The notes under the pieces: generated by a model | Told to the model about the DNA's origin: nothing | The model's input: only the letters and a program-made list of their open reading frames with translations | The model's database searches: none | Translations under genes and position numbers: made by a program | Shown: piece by piece, positions 1 through 13,037 of the stretch | Numbering within the stretch: position 1 is the stretch's first letter | Layout of the letters: each line of letters starts with the position of its first letter | Source: an uncultured Actinomycetospora sp. | GTDB lineage: Bacteria > Actinomycetota > Actinomycetes > Mycobacteriales > Pseudonocardiaceae | Assembly: GCA_902805495.1 (NCBI GenBank) | Contig: CADCTH010000288.1 | Location: 1 to 47,572 of the forward strand | Length of the DNA stretch: 47,572 nucleotides | Reading direction: 5' to 3'

Positions 1-384
1 GCGCCCGACTGCCGGGAGGCCGGGGTCAGCGTGGTCAGCCGCCGCACCGACGTGCACCTGGTCCTGGTCGACCTGCGCGAGTCGCCGCTGGACGGCCAGC
101 AGGCCGAGGACCGGCTGCACGCCATCGGCATCACGGTGAACCGGAACGCGGTGCCCTTCGACCCGCGGCCCCCGATGGTCAGCTCCGGGGTGCGCATCGG
201 CACCCCGGCGCTGGCCACCCGCGGGTTCGACGCCGAGGACTTCCGCGTCGTCGCCGACGTGATCGCCCGCGCCCTGCGCCCGTCCGTCACCGACGCCGAG
301 CTCCCCGCCCATCTCGCTGCCCTCGCCGACCGCGTCGCCGCCCTCGCCGACCGCCACCCCCTCTACCCGGAGCTGCAGGCATGA
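1..384 (+). CDS. glyA: Serine hydroxymethyltransferase, C-terminal part (5' end outside the window)
   Basis: Frame open from base 1. SHMT motifs [37 protein letters not shown] and terminal HPLY. ATGA overlap with soxB. Confidence 0.93.
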   Translation, partial: APDCREAGVSVVSRRTDVHLVLVDLRESPLDGQQAEDRLHAIGITVNRNAVPFDPRPPMVSSGVRIGTPALATRGFDAEDFRVVADVIARALRPSVTDAELPAHLAALADRVAALADRHPLYPELQA

Positions 385-1622
385 GCACCGCATCACCAGG
401 GACCGCCCCGGGCGCCGCGCTCCCCGAGCACCCCGACGCCCTCTGGCGCGACGCCGCGCCGAAGCGGTCCTACGACGTCGTCATCGTGGGCGGCGGCGGG
501 CACGGCCTGGCCACCGCGCACTACCTGGCGAAGCTCGGCATCACCGACGTCGCCGTCGTCGAGAAGGGCTGGCTGGCGGGCGGGAACATGGCCCGCAACA
601 CCACGCTGATCCGCTCGAACTACCTGTGGGACGAGTCGGCCGGGATCTACGAGCACGCCCTCAAGCTGTGGGAGGGGCTCGAGGAGGACCTCGGCTACCC
701 GATCCTGTTCAGCCAGCGCGGCGTGCTCAACCTCGCCCACACCGAGCAGGACGTCCGCGACTCGGTGCGCCGGGTCGAGGCCAACAAGCTCAACGGGATC
801 GACGCCGAATGGCTCGACCCCGACGAGGTGGCGAAGGTCTGCCCGATCGTCAACGTCTCCGACGACATCCGCTACCCCGTGCAGGGTGCGACGTTCCAGC
901 CGCGGGCCGGGATCGCGAAGCACGACTACGTGGCCTGGGGCTTCGCCCGCCGGGCCAGCGACGCGGGCGTCGACATCATCCAGGACTGCGAGGTCACGGG
1001 CTTCGTCACCGAGGGCGACCGCGTCACGGGTGTCCGCACGACCCGCGGGGACATCGGGTGCGGCACCGTCGCCCTCTGCGCCGCGGGCCACACCTCGGTG
1101 CTGCTCGACATGCTCGGCGTCCCCGCGCCCCTGCAGTCGCACCCGCTGCAGGCGCTGGTCTCGGAGCTCCTCGAGCCCGTGCACCCGACGATCGTCATGT
1201 CCAACGCCGTCCACGTGTACGTCTCGCAGGCGCACAAGGGCGAGCTGGTGATGGGCGCGGGCGTCGACACCTACAACGGCTACGGCCAGCGCGGCGCCTT
1301 CCACATCATCGAGCGCCAGATGGCGGCCGCCGTCGAGCTCTTCCCGGTGTTCGCCCGCGCGCACCTGCTGCGCAGCTGGGCCGGCGTCGTCGACGTCACG
1401 CCGGACGCCAGCCCGATCGTCGGGCGCACCCCCTACGACAACGTGTTCCTCAACTGCGGCTGGGGCACCGGCGGGTTCAAGGCCACCCCGGGCATCGGCT
1501 GGGCGTTCGCCGACACCGTGGCCCACGGCCGCCCCCACCCCCTCATCGCCCCCTTCGGCCTCGACCGCTTCGTCACCGGTGCCCTCGTCGACGAGCACGG
1601 CGCCGCCGCCGTGGCCCACTGA
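381..1622 (+). CDS. soxB: Heterotetrameric sarcosine oxidase beta subunit
   Basis: [13 protein letters not shown] motif, [22 protein letters not shown]-terminal EHGAAAVAH typical of SoxB. Confidence 0.95.
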   Translation: MSTASPGTAPGAALPEHPDALWRDAAPKRSYDVVIVGGGGHGLATAHYLAKLGITDVAVVEKGWLAGGNMARNTTLIRSNYLWDESAGIYEHALKLWEGLEEDLGYPILFSQRGVLNLAHTEQDVRDSVRRVEANKLNGIDAEWLDPDEVAKVCPIVNVSDDIRYPVQGATFQPRAGIAKHDYVAWGFARRASDAGVDIIQDCEVTGFVTEGDRVTGVRTTRGDIGCGTVALCAAGHTSVLLDMLGVPAPLQSHPLQALVSELLEPVHPTIVMSNAVHVYVSQAHKGELVMGAGVDTYNGYGQRGAFHIIERQMAAAVELFPVFARAHLLRSWAGVVDVTPDASPIVGRTPYDNVFLNCGWGTGGFKATPGIGWAFADTVAHGRPHPLIAPFGLDRFVTGALVDEHGAAAVAH

Positions 1623-1634
1623 GCGGAGATCGCC

Positions 1635-1916
1635 GTGCAACTCATCGCCTGCCCGTGGTGCGGCCCCCGTGAGGAGCTCGAGTTCTCCTACGGCGGCCAG
1701 GCCCACGTCGCGTACCCGTCCGACCCCGCCGCGCTGACCGACGAGCAGTGGGCCCGCTTCGTGTTCTTCCGCGACAACCCGAAGGGCCCCTTCGCCGAGC
1801 GCTGGGCCCACAGCGCGGGCTGCCGCCGCTGGTTCACCGCGGTCCGCGACACGCGCACCCACCGGTTCCTCAGCGTCGGCCCCCTCGCGGCGTCGGGATC
1901 GGGGGCGACGTCGTGA
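1635..1916 (+). CDS. soxD: Sarcosine oxidase delta subunit
   Basis: CPWCGPR...EFSYGG, RDNPKG...ERWAHSAGC zinc-binding motifs. GGAG RBS upstream of GTG. Confidence 0.95.
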   Translation: MQLIACPWCGPREELEFSYGGQAHVAYPSDPAALTDEQWARFVFFRDNPKGPFAERWAHSAGCRRWFTAVRDTRTHRFLSVGPLAASGSGATS

Positions 1917-4652
1917 GCCGGGTCGAGGGCTACGGCCGCGTCGACCGCGGCCGGACGGTCACGGTCACGGTCGACGGCACCGCCTACACCGGACACCCCG
2001 GCGACACGCTCGCCTCGGTGCTGCTCGCCCACGACGCCCGCCCGCTCGACACCAGCATCAAGTACGGGCGTCCGCGCGGCATCGGCGCCGCGTGGGTCGA
2101 GGACCCGACGGGCCTGGTCCAGATCGAGGAGCCGTTCCCGGAGCCGATGGTGCTCGCGTCCACGGTCGAGATCACCGACGGCCTCGTCGCCCGCGGTGTG
2201 GACGGGCAGGGCCGGCTCTCCCAGGTCGCCGACGTCGCCCGGTACGACCACCGCCACGTCCACTGCGACGTGCTGGTCGTCGGCGCCGGCCCCGCCGGCC
2301 TGACCGCGGCCCGGCGCGCCGCCCGCGAGGGCCTCGACGTCGTCCTCGTCGACGACCGCCCCGAGCCCGGCGGCACGCTCACCGGCACCGAGACCATCGA
2401 CGGCCGCCCGTCGCGGGAGTTCGTCGCCGACGTCGTGGCCGAGCTCGCCGCCCTGCCGACGGTGACGCACCTGCAGCGCACCACGGCGTTCGGCCACCAC
2501 GACGACGGCCTCGTGCTCGCCCTCGAGCGGCGCACGCGGGGCGCGTCCCGCCAGCGCGTGCACCGCATCCGCGCCGCGCGCGTGGTCATCGCCGCCGGCG
2601 CGATCGAGCGGCCGATCGTGTTCGAGGACGACGACCGCCCGGGCGTGATGCTCGCCGCGTCGGCGCGCGACTTCCTGCACCGCCACGGCGTGCTCGCCGG
2701 CCGCGAGGTCGTCGTGTGCACCAGCGACGACGCCGCGTACGCCGCCGCGGTCGACCTGCTCGACGCGGCGGCCGCGGTCCGGGTGCTCGACGCCCGCTCC
2801 CGGGTCCCCGAGGTCTGGGCCCGGCGGTGCGCCGAGCGCGGCATCGAGGTCTCCGCGGGCACGCAGGTGCGCGGCACCCGGGGCGACGACCGCGTGACCG
2901 CCGCGCTGGTGGGGGAGGAGCGCCACGAGGTCCCGTGCGACCTGCTGCTGGTCAGCGGCGGCTGGAACCCGACCGTGCACCTGTTCACCCACGTCGGCGG
3001 GCGCCTGACCTGGGACCCGGCGCTGGGCGCGTTCCGTCCCGGGACGCCGCTGCCGGGCGTCGAGGTCGTCGGCGCCGCCGACGGCGTGTTCGACCTCGCC
3101 GGGTGCCTGCGCCAGGCCGGCGGCCCGGACGCGCCGCACGCGGACGAGGAGCCGGGCGAGCCGACCATGGTGCTCTGGCGGACCGCGGGCGACCCCGCCC
3201 GCCAGTTCGTCGACCTCCAGCGCGACGCGACCGTCGCCGACATCGCCCGCGCCGTGGGCGCCGGGATGCGCTCGGTGGAGCACGTCAAGCGCTACACGAC
3301 GATCGGCACCGCGCACGACCAGGGCAAGACGTCCGGGATCGTCGCCTCGGGGATCACCGCGGAGCTGCTCGGCCGGCCGATCGAGGACCTCGGCACCACC
3401 ACCTTCCGCCCGCCGTACACGCCGGTCGCGTTCGCCGCGCTGGCCGGCCGGGCGCGCGGCGACCTCTACGACCCCGTGCGGACGACGCCGATCCACGACC
3501 GCCACGTCGCCGCGGGCGCGGAGTTCGAGGACGTCGGGCAGTGGAAGCGCGCCCGCCACTACCCGCGCGTCGGGGAGGACATGACCGCGGCGGTGCTGCG
3601 CGAGTGCGCGGCCGTGCGCACGTCGGTCGGCGTCATGGACGGCTCGACCCTGGGCAAGATCGACGTCCGGGGGCCGGACGCGGCGGTGCTGCTCGACCGG
3701 CTCTACACGAACGTGATGAGCAGCCTGAAGGTCGGGCGCGTGCGCTACGGCGTCATGTGCGGCAACGACGGCATGGTCCTCGACGACGGCACCGTGCTGC
3801 GCCTGGCCGACGACCGCTTCCTCGTCACCACGACCACCGGCAACGCCGCCGCCGTCCTCGACCGGATGGAGGAGTGGCTCCAGACGGAGTGGCCGGACCT
3901 GCGGGTGCGGCTGACCTCGGTCACCGAGCAGCTCGCGATCGTCGCGGTGGCGGGGCCCCGGTCCCGCGACGTCGTCGGCGCGGTCTTCGCCGACGTCGAC
4001 GTGACCAACGAGGCCTTCGGCTTCATGAGCTGGCAGGACACGGCCCTCGACGGCGTGCCCGTCCGCCTCGCGCGCATCTCGTTCTCCGGCGAGCTCGCCT
4101 TCGAGGTGAGCGTCGGCTCCTGGTACGCCGCGGCGGTGTGGGACCGGCTGCTCGAGGCCGGCCGGCCGTACGGGATCACGCCCTACGGCACCGAGACGAT
4201 GCACGTCCTGCGGGCCGAGAAGGGCTACCCGATCATCGGGCAGGACACCGACGGCACCGTCACGCCGCACGACCTCGGCCTGGGCTGGGCGGTGTCGCGC
4301 AAGAAGCCCGACTTCCTGGGCAAGCGCTCGTTCGCCCGCCCGCAGAACCAGGATCCGCGGCGCAAGCAGCTGGTCTCCCTGCTGCCCGTCGACGCGGCGA
4401 CGAAGCTGCCCGAGGGCTCCCAGATCGTGGACCTCGCCGAGGACGGGCGGCTGCCCGCCCCGCCGGTGCCGATGCTCGGCCACGTCACCTCCAGCTACCA
4501 CAGCGCGGCCCTCGCCCGGCCGTTCGCGCTCGCCCTGGTCAAGGGCGGCCGCGAGCGCATCGGCGAGGTCGTGGGGGTGCCCGTGGCCGGCGAGCTCGTG
4601 GCCGCACAGATCGGCGACACCGTCCTCGTCGACCCCGAAGGAGCGCGCCGCG

Positions 4653-4660
<8 letters not shown>
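1913..4660 (+). CDS. soxA: Sarcosine oxidase alpha subunit
   Basis: Start placed at GTG 1913 (GTGA overlap with the soxD stop). GDTLAS, VGAGPAG, EHVKRYTT, DQGKTS, TTFRPPYTP motifs and a GcvT-like C-terminus (SFSGELAFE, LRAEKG). Confidence 0.95.
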
Positions 4661-7771
<3,111 letters not shown>

Positions 7772-7809
7772 CCCCCGGGCCTCGCGAGCCCCCGCGAAAG
7801 GGGTCCACT

Positions 7810-8343
7810 GTGCGCAGCGAGACGGTCGAGCACTTCCTGGAGTCCCTGGCGTCCCCCGGCCCCGGGCCGGGGGGTCGTGCCGGGGCTGCGCTGCACGCCG
7901 CCCACGGGGCGGCGCTCGTCGCCAAGGCGGCCCGCGACGCGGAGCCCGCGGTCCCCGCCGAGCACGCCGACGCCCTGGCGAGGACCCGCGTCGACGCGGA
8001 CGAGCTGCGCGCGGCCGCGCTGCGCCTCGTCGTCGATGACGGCGCCCCCTTGGGGCCCGGAGGCTCGTCGGTGCAGGTCATCGACCTGGCCGACCGCCTC
8101 CTGGGCCTCGTGGAGGCCCTGCGCCCGCTGGCGCGCCGCTCGGCCGCCGTCGACCTCGCCGCGGCGGCCGAGGCGGTCCGCGCGGCCGCCGGCGCGGCCC
8201 GCGTCGACGTCGAGGTCGACCTCGCGGGCGTCGCGGATCCCGGCGAGCGCGAGCGGCTCCTCACGACGATCGAGCCCGTGGACGACCTCGTCCTGCGGGC
8301 CGCGAAGATCACGGCCTTCGTGCGGGAGCGCGTCCTGCGGTGA
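7810..8343 (+). CDS. Cyclodeaminase/cyclohydrolase (FTCD C-terminal) family protein, divergent
   Basis: N-terminus FLESLASPGPGPGGRAGAALHAAHGAALV resembles the family motif LAS..PtPGGGSaaAl; C-terminal AA..AARVDVEVDL; one-carbon gene context. Confidence 0.7.
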   Translation: MRSETVEHFLESLASPGPGPGGRAGAALHAAHGAALVAKAARDAEPAVPAEHADALARTRVDADELRAAALRLVVDDGAPLGPGGSSVQVIDLADRLLGLVEALRPLARRSAAVDLAAAAEAVRAAAGAARVDVEVDLAGVADPGERERLLTTIEPVDDLVLRAAKITAFVRERVLR

Positions 8344-8361
8344 CGGCGGGAGAGACGCCCC

Positions 8362-9030
8362 TCAGATGACCGCCCGGATCGCCTTCTCGAAGCCGATCAC
8401 GTGCTGACGCGCGCGCCGTGCCGCGCCGTCGGCGTCGCCCTCGGCGATCGTGCGCAGCAGGCCCGCGTGCTCCTCGACGTGCGAGACGAAGTCGGTCATG
8501 CGGTCGAGGAAGATGCAGAAGATCCGCGTGGCCAGGTTGTCGTAGCGCACGAGCGTGTCCTCGAGGTGCGGGTTGCCCGACGCCCGGTACACGGCGCGGT
8601 GCACCCGCAGGTCCCAGCGCATCAGCTCGTCGCGCGTCAGCGACGGCACCTCGAGGGCGTCGGTGGCGTCGGCCAGCTCCGCCAGCTCCTCGCGCATCGC
8701 GGGGCCGGCGTTCTCGGCCGCCCGGCGGGCCGCCAGCGGCTCGAGCTGCACGCGGATCTCGGAGATGTAGGCGAGGTCGGAGATGTCGACGGCGGTGGCG
8801 AACGTCCCGCGCCGTGCGTAGGACACCACCAGCCGGTCGACCTCGAGCCGCTTGAGGGCCTCGCGCACCGGCGTGCGCCCCACACCGAGCGACTCCACCA
8901 GGCCGACCTCGTCGATCGGGGCCATCGGCGGGATCTCCAACATGATCAGCTTGTCCTGGATCGCCGCGTAGGCGCGCTCGGAGAGCGACAGCGGGGGACT
9001 CGACACCTGCTCGTCCGAAAGAAGGCTCAC
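8362..9030 (-). CDS. GntR/FCD-family transcriptional regulator
   Basis: Winged HTH LGVGRTPVREALKRL, FCD domain (DLRVHRAVYRASGNPHL, EEH). GTG 9030 with an AAGG RBS. Confidence 0.9.
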   Translation of the reverse strand: MSLLSDEQVSSPPLSLSERAYAAIQDKLIMLEIPPMAPIDEVGLVESLGVGRTPVREALKRLEVDRLVVSYARRGTFATAVDISDLAYISEIRVQLEPLAARRAAENAGPAMREELAELADATDALEVPSLTRDELMRWDLRVHRAVYRASGNPHLEDTLVRYDNLATRIFCIFLDRMTDFVSHVEEHAGLLRTIAEGDADGAARRARQHVIGFEKAIRAVI

Positions 9031-9079
9031 GTTCCGGCACCTTACCGTAGCGATCTCGTGTCTTCTAACAGGTAGCCAC

Positions 9080-9097
9080 GACTGATATACTAGTCTT
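9080..9097 (+). promoter_or_regulatory. Extended -10 (TGaTATACT) of a leaderless sdaA, overlapping an imperfect palindrome GACTGATATACTAGTC (candidate GntR operator)
   Basis: TATACT at 9086-9091, 6 nt before ATG 9098, no SD. The 16-mer 9080-9095 matches its reverse complement at 12/16. Confidence 0.65.
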
Positions 9098-10471
9098 ATG
9101 GCCATCTCGGTGTTCGACCTCTTCAAGGTCGGGATCGGCCCGTCCAGCTCGCACACCGTGGGGCCGATGCGTGCCGCGTTCCTGTTCGTCTCGCGGCTGC
9201 ACGACGCCGACCTGCTCCACCGGGTCGCGTCGCTGCGCTGCGAGCTCTTCGGTTCGCTCGGCGCCACCGGCCACGGGCACGGCAGCGTGCGGGCGGTGGT
9301 GCTGGGCCTGTCCGGCGAGCAGCCGCACCTCGTGGACCCCGTGGAGGCGGAGCCGATCGTCGCGGCCGTGCGGGCCGGCGGGCGGATCGCCCTCGCCGGC
9401 AGGCACACCGTCCCCTTCTCGGTCGACGACGACGTGGTGCTCCACCGCCGCGCGCGGCTGTCGTTCCACAGCAACGGCATGGCGTTCACTGCCCACGACG
9501 AGCACGGGCACCTCGTCGAGCGCCGCGAGTACTACTCGGTCGGCGGCGGCTTCGTCGTCGACGAGGACGAGACGGGCGAGCCCGTGCTGCGCGAGGACCC
9601 GACGCCGGTGCGCCACCCCTTCACCTCCGGCGACGAGCTCGTCGCGATCGCCCGCGCCGAGGGGCTGCGGATCAGCGACGTCATGCTGGCCAACGAGGCG
9701 GTGTGGCGGCCCGAGCAGGAGACCCGCGCCGGGCTGCTGCACCTGTGGTCGGTCATGCGCGAGTGCGTGGAGCGGGGGTCGACGACGCCGGGCGTGCTGC
9801 CCGGGGGCCTGCGGGTCCGCCGCCGCGCCGCCGACCTGCGGCGCCACCTCGACGAGGAGGACGGGGAGGGGGTCGCCGCCCAGGCCATGGACCGGGTCAC
9901 CCTGTACGCCCTGGCCGTCAACGAGGAGAACGCCGCCGGCGGCCGGGTCGTCACCGCCCCCACCAACGGCGCGGCGGGGATCGTGCCCGCGGTCCTGCTC
10001 CACGCCGCCCAGTCGGTGCGGGGGTTCGACGACGACGCCGTCGTGCGCTTCCTGCTCACGGCCGGCGCGGTCGGCCTGCTGTTCAAGCGCAACGCCTCGA
10101 TCTCGGGCGCGGAGGTCGGCTGCCAGGGCGAGGTCGGCTCGGCCTGCTCGATGGCCGCCGCCGGGCTCGCGGAGCTGCTCGGCGGCTCGCCGGAGCAGGT
10201 CGAGAACGCCGCCGAGATCGGCATCGAGCACAACCTGGGCCTGACCTGCGACCCCGTCGGGGGCCTCGTCCAGATCCCCTGCATCGAGCGCAACGCCGTC
10301 GCCTCGGTCAAGGCCATCACCGCGGCCCGCATGGCCCTGCGCGGCGACGGCGTCCACCACGTCTCGCTGGACAAGGCGATCCGGACCATGCGCGAGACCG
10401 GCGCCGACATGAAGGTCAAGTACAAGGAGACGGCCCGCGGCGGGCTCGCCCTCACCGTCGTCGAGTGCTGA
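9098..10471 (+). CDS. sdaA: L-serine ammonia-lyase (Fe-S dependent, single chain)
   Basis: [52 protein letters not shown] motifs. Confidence 0.96.
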   Translation: MAISVFDLFKVGIGPSSSHTVGPMRAAFLFVSRLHDADLLHRVASLRCELFGSLGATGHGHGSVRAVVLGLSGEQPHLVDPVEAEPIVAAVRAGGRIALAGRHTVPFSVDDDVVLHRRARLSFHSNGMAFTAHDEHGHLVERREYYSVGGGFVVDEDETGEPVLREDPTPVRHPFTSGDELVAIARAEGLRISDVMLANEAVWRPEQETRAGLLHLWSVMRECVERGSTTPGVLPGGLRVRRRAADLRRHLDEEDGEGVAAQAMDRVTLYALAVNEENAAGGRVVTAPTNGAAGIVPAVLLHAAQSVRGFDDDAVVRFLLTAGAVGLLFKRNASISGAEVGCQGEVGSACSMAAAGLAELLGGSPEQVENAAEIGIEHNLGLTCDPVGGLVQIPCIERNAVASVKAITAARMALRGDGVHHVSLDKAIRTMRETGADMKVKYKETARGGLALTVVEC

Positions 10472-10490
10472 GGAGCCACACCGGACGGGG

Positions 10491-11285
10491 TCACATCCCG
10501 GTGTAGCCGAGCTTGGCCGACAGCTCGGCGGCGGCCTCGCGCAGATCGCCCACGATCGCGCGGGCCCGGCGGCGCGGCAGCCGGTACGACGGTCCGGTCG
10601 CGCTCAGCGCCGAGCCGACGGTGCCGTCGGCGGAGAACACGGGCACCGCGACGGCGTGCATCCCGACCTCGAGCTCCTCGAACGACCGGGCGTGGCCCTC
10701 GTCGAGGACGCGCGCCAGCTCCGTCCGCAGATCGGCGACGGTGACGATGGTGTCGTCGGTGAACTGCTTGAGCCGCTTGCGCAGGATCGGGCGCCGCTCC
10801 TGCTCGTCCATCCACGCCAGCAGGACCTTGCCCGCGGACGTGGCGTGCAGCGGGCTGCGGCGTCCCACCCAGTTCTGCGACGTGATCGTGGCCGTCCCGT
10901 CCTCCTGCGCGACGGTGATGCCGGCCTCGCCGTCGGTGACGGCGATGTTGACGGTCTCGCCCAGGGTCTCCGCCAGGTGCTGGCAGATCGGCTGCCCGAG
11001 ACGGGCCACGTCGAGGCGGGCCGTGGACGCGGCCGCCAGCCGCACGACGGCGAAGCTCAGCGTGTACTTCCCGCGCTCCCCGAGCTGCTCGAGGAGGTTG
11101 CGGTTCTGGAGTGCCGAGACGAGACGGAACGCCGTGGACTTGTGGACGTCGAGCTCCTCGGCGATCTCGGTGATGCCGATCTCGCCGCGCGCGGCGACCA
11201 GTTCCAGGATCGAGATCGCGCGATCGACCGACTGGACCGACGGGGTCCTCTCGGCGGTGTCCTCGGACTTCTTCGTCCCCGGCAT
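10491..11285 (-). CDS. IclR-family transcriptional regulator
   Basis: VQSVDRAISIL, HKSTAFRL HTH, LHATSAGKVLLA and EELEVG..AVAVP motifs. Confidence 0.93.
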   Translation of the reverse strand: MPGTKKSEDTAERTPSVQSVDRAISILELVAARGEIGITEIAEELDVHKSTAFRLVSALQNRNLLEQLGERGKYTLSFAVVRLAAASTARLDVARLGQPICQHLAETLGETVNIAVTDGEAGITVAQEDGTATITSQNWVGRRSPLHATSAGKVLLAWMDEQERRPILRKRLKQFTDDTIVTVADLRTELARVLDEGHARSFEELEVGMHAVAVPVFSADGTVGSALSATGPSYRLPRRRARAIVGDLREAAAELSAKLGYTGM

Positions 11286-11306
11286 CTGCGTGACCCTACG
11301 GGGCGA

Positions 11307-11537
11307 TCACCGAGGGGTGTCCCGCTCGATGGCCCGGGACAGCTCGGCCAGGAGGCCGGGCAGGCGCCCGGCGCACCGCGGGCAGACGCAGTCGCTGCCG
11401 TGCACGGCCAGCTCGTCGGCGACGGCGAACGCGTCGCGGTAGCGCTCCGGGGGCGCGTGCGTCCCGGACGGGTCGGAGCTCTCGGAGGAGCTCTCGGAGG
11501 AGCTGTCGGAGGAGCTGTCGGAGGAGAGGGAGGACAT
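11307..11537 (-). CDS. Small hypothetical protein, Ser-rich N-terminus and HxxDCxCxxC motif
   Basis: 76-aa ORF between the Rieske gene and iclR on the same strand; AGGA RBS; VHGSDCVCPRC. Confidence 0.6.
   Translation of the reverse strand: MSSLSSDSSSDSSSESSSESSDPSGTHAPPERYRDAFAVADELAVHGSDCVCPRCAGRLPGLLAELSRAIERDTPR
11475..11526. repeat. 12-bp tandem repeat GGAGCT(C/G)TCGGA, 4 copies plus a partial
   Basis: Units at 11475, 11487, 11499, 11511 and a partial at 11523; encodes S-S-(D/E)-S on the minus strand. Confidence 0.9.
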
Positions 11538-11588
11538 GGGCGTTCCTGGTGCTCATCGGAGGGGGAGGTGGGGGAGGACGTCGCGCGG

Positions 11589-12734
11589 TCAGCCGACCTT
11601 CTGTCGGACCCAGTCGTGGAACTCGCCGATGTGGTGCTCGCTCGGGACGGGCACGCCGCCGCGCGCGTAGGAGCGGGACTCCATCGACACCTGGCAGCGC
11701 TCGCAGGCGTCGAAGTCCTGCTGGTTGACCCGGTGGAACAGCTCGACGGACCGGTCGAGGTCGGCCCCGGAGTCGACCACCTCGGGGAGGTAGAGCCAGT
11801 CGCAGCGCACGAGCGTCCGCGACGCCGAGAGCGGGAACATGCGGTGGAACACGACGTGGTCGGGGACGAGGTTGATGAAGACCTGCGGCCGGACCGTGAT
11901 CGCGTAGTAGCGCCGGTCCTGCTCCTCGCCCACCCCGGGGATGCGCTCGAGGCCCGCGGACCCGTCGACGGTGAACCCCTCGACGTCCTCGCCGAACGCG
12001 GCGCCGTGCCCCACGAAGTACTGCGCCGCGAGCCCGTCGGCGAACTCCGGCAGCACCTCGGTGAGCTCGGGGTGGATCGTCGCGCAGTGGTAGCACTCCA
12101 TGAAGTTCTCGACGATCTGCTTCCAGTTCGCCGCCACGTCGTACTCGATCCGCCGTCCCAGCCGCAGGTCGGCGACCTGGTACCCGACGATGGCGTCGGG
12201 GGAGCCCAGGCGGGCGTCGACGTCGCCGATCACCGTGGCCTCGAACGACGGCGGCTCGTCGGCCAGGCACAGCCACACGTAGCCCAGCCACTCGCGCACG
12301 TGCACGCGGTGCAGGCCGTACTCGACCCGGTCGACGTCCGGCATCTCGCCGATGTTCGGGGCCGCGATCAGCTTGCCGTCGAGCCCGTAGGTCCAGGCGT
12401 GGTACGGGCACTGGAACGACCGGCGCACCGCGCCCTTGTCCTCGGTGCAGATCCGCGCGCCGCGGTGGCGGCAGACGTTGAGGTAGGCGTTGACCGTGCC
12501 GTCGCGCCCCCGGGCGACGATGACGCTCTCCCGGCCGACCTGCACGGTCTCGAAGGCGCCGGGCGACGGGATGTCCGCGGCGAGGACGGCGCAGAACCAG
12601 CCGGTCTCGAACACGAAGGCCTGCTCGGCCGCGAAGATCGTCGGGTCCGTGTAGTACCGGCCCGGGAGCGTCGTGCGCAGGCTCGGCGGCAGCCCCGGCG
12701 CCGCGGCCGCCGGTGCGATCTCTCCGGTGGTCAT
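11589..12734 (-). CDS. Rieske aromatic-ring-hydroxylating oxygenase alpha subunit, probable glycine betaine demethylase (GbcA/BmoA-like)
   Basis: Rieske CRH...CPYH; mononuclear Fe ENFMECYHCATIH and QDFD. ATG 12734 with AGGAG RBS. Substrate inferred from the betaine/sarcosine gene context. Confidence 0.88.
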   Translation of the reverse strand: MTTGEIAPAAAAPGLPPSLRTTLPGRYYTDPTIFAAEQAFVFETGWFCAVLAADIPSPGAFETVQVGRESVIVARGRDGTVNAYLNVCRHRGARICTEDKGAVRRSFQCPYHAWTYGLDGKLIAAPNIGEMPDVDRVEYGLHRVHVREWLGYVWLCLADEPPSFEATVIGDVDARLGSPDAIVGYQVADLRLGRRIEYDVAANWKQIVENFMECYHCATIHPELTEVLPEFADGLAAQYFVGHGAAFGEDVEGFTVDGSAGLERIPGVGEEQDRRYYAITVRPQVFINLVPDHVVFHRMFPLSASRTLVRCDWLYLPEVVDSGADLDRSVELFHRVNQQDFDACERCQVSMESRSYARGGVPVPSEHHIGEFHDWVRQKVG

Positions 12735-12772
12735 GATCGTGCTCCTGGGGTACTGGCTCCGGCGTGCCCTCG

Positions 12773-12842
12773 TGTTGCGCTTGACGAAACATGATTCGCT
12801 CTGCGCAACAAGCACGGTCCGGGAGCGGAAGGCGTGTGTCAA
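12773..12842 (-). promoter_or_regulatory. Promoter and 38-bp double-box operator of the Rieske oxygenase gene
   Basis: Minus-strand TTGACA (12842-12837), N17, GACCGT (12819-12814). Operator 12773-12810: TGTTGCG-N5-CGAAACA + TGATTCG-N5-CGCAACA. Confidence 0.75.
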
Positions 12843-12899
12843 GGGTCCCCGGCGCACGAGGTCGTCACCCCGGGGCACCCGGACCACCTGGATCGCCTC

Positions 12900-12971
12900 T
12901 TGACAAGCGGGTCTCTGCTCCCGGACGGTCTCGTGTTGCGCATGAAGCATCTTGTTTCAGTGAGCGCAACT
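12900..12971 (+). promoter_or_regulatory. Promoter and 38-bp double-box operator of the reductase gene
   Basis: TTGACA 12900-12905, N18, GACGGT 12924-12929. Operator 12934-12971: TGTTGCG-N5-AGCATCT + TGTTTCA-N5-CGCAACT. Confidence 0.75.
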
Positions 12972-13037
12972 CGCCACTCCAGACCTCGGGGTGTCGTCTC
13001 CACCGGTCCCGCCCGAAGAGGCTCACGAGGAGACCGC

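Noticed and set aside
313-354. Near-duplicated 21-nt segment in glyA (AALADR twice)
   Set aside because: In-frame heptad-like repeat in the variable C-terminal helix; no sign of separate function.
11475-11526. Short repeats as a possible CRISPR array (also 27436-27460 and 38598-38633)
   Set aside because: Head-to-tail 9-12 bp coding repeats without spacers; no cas genes.
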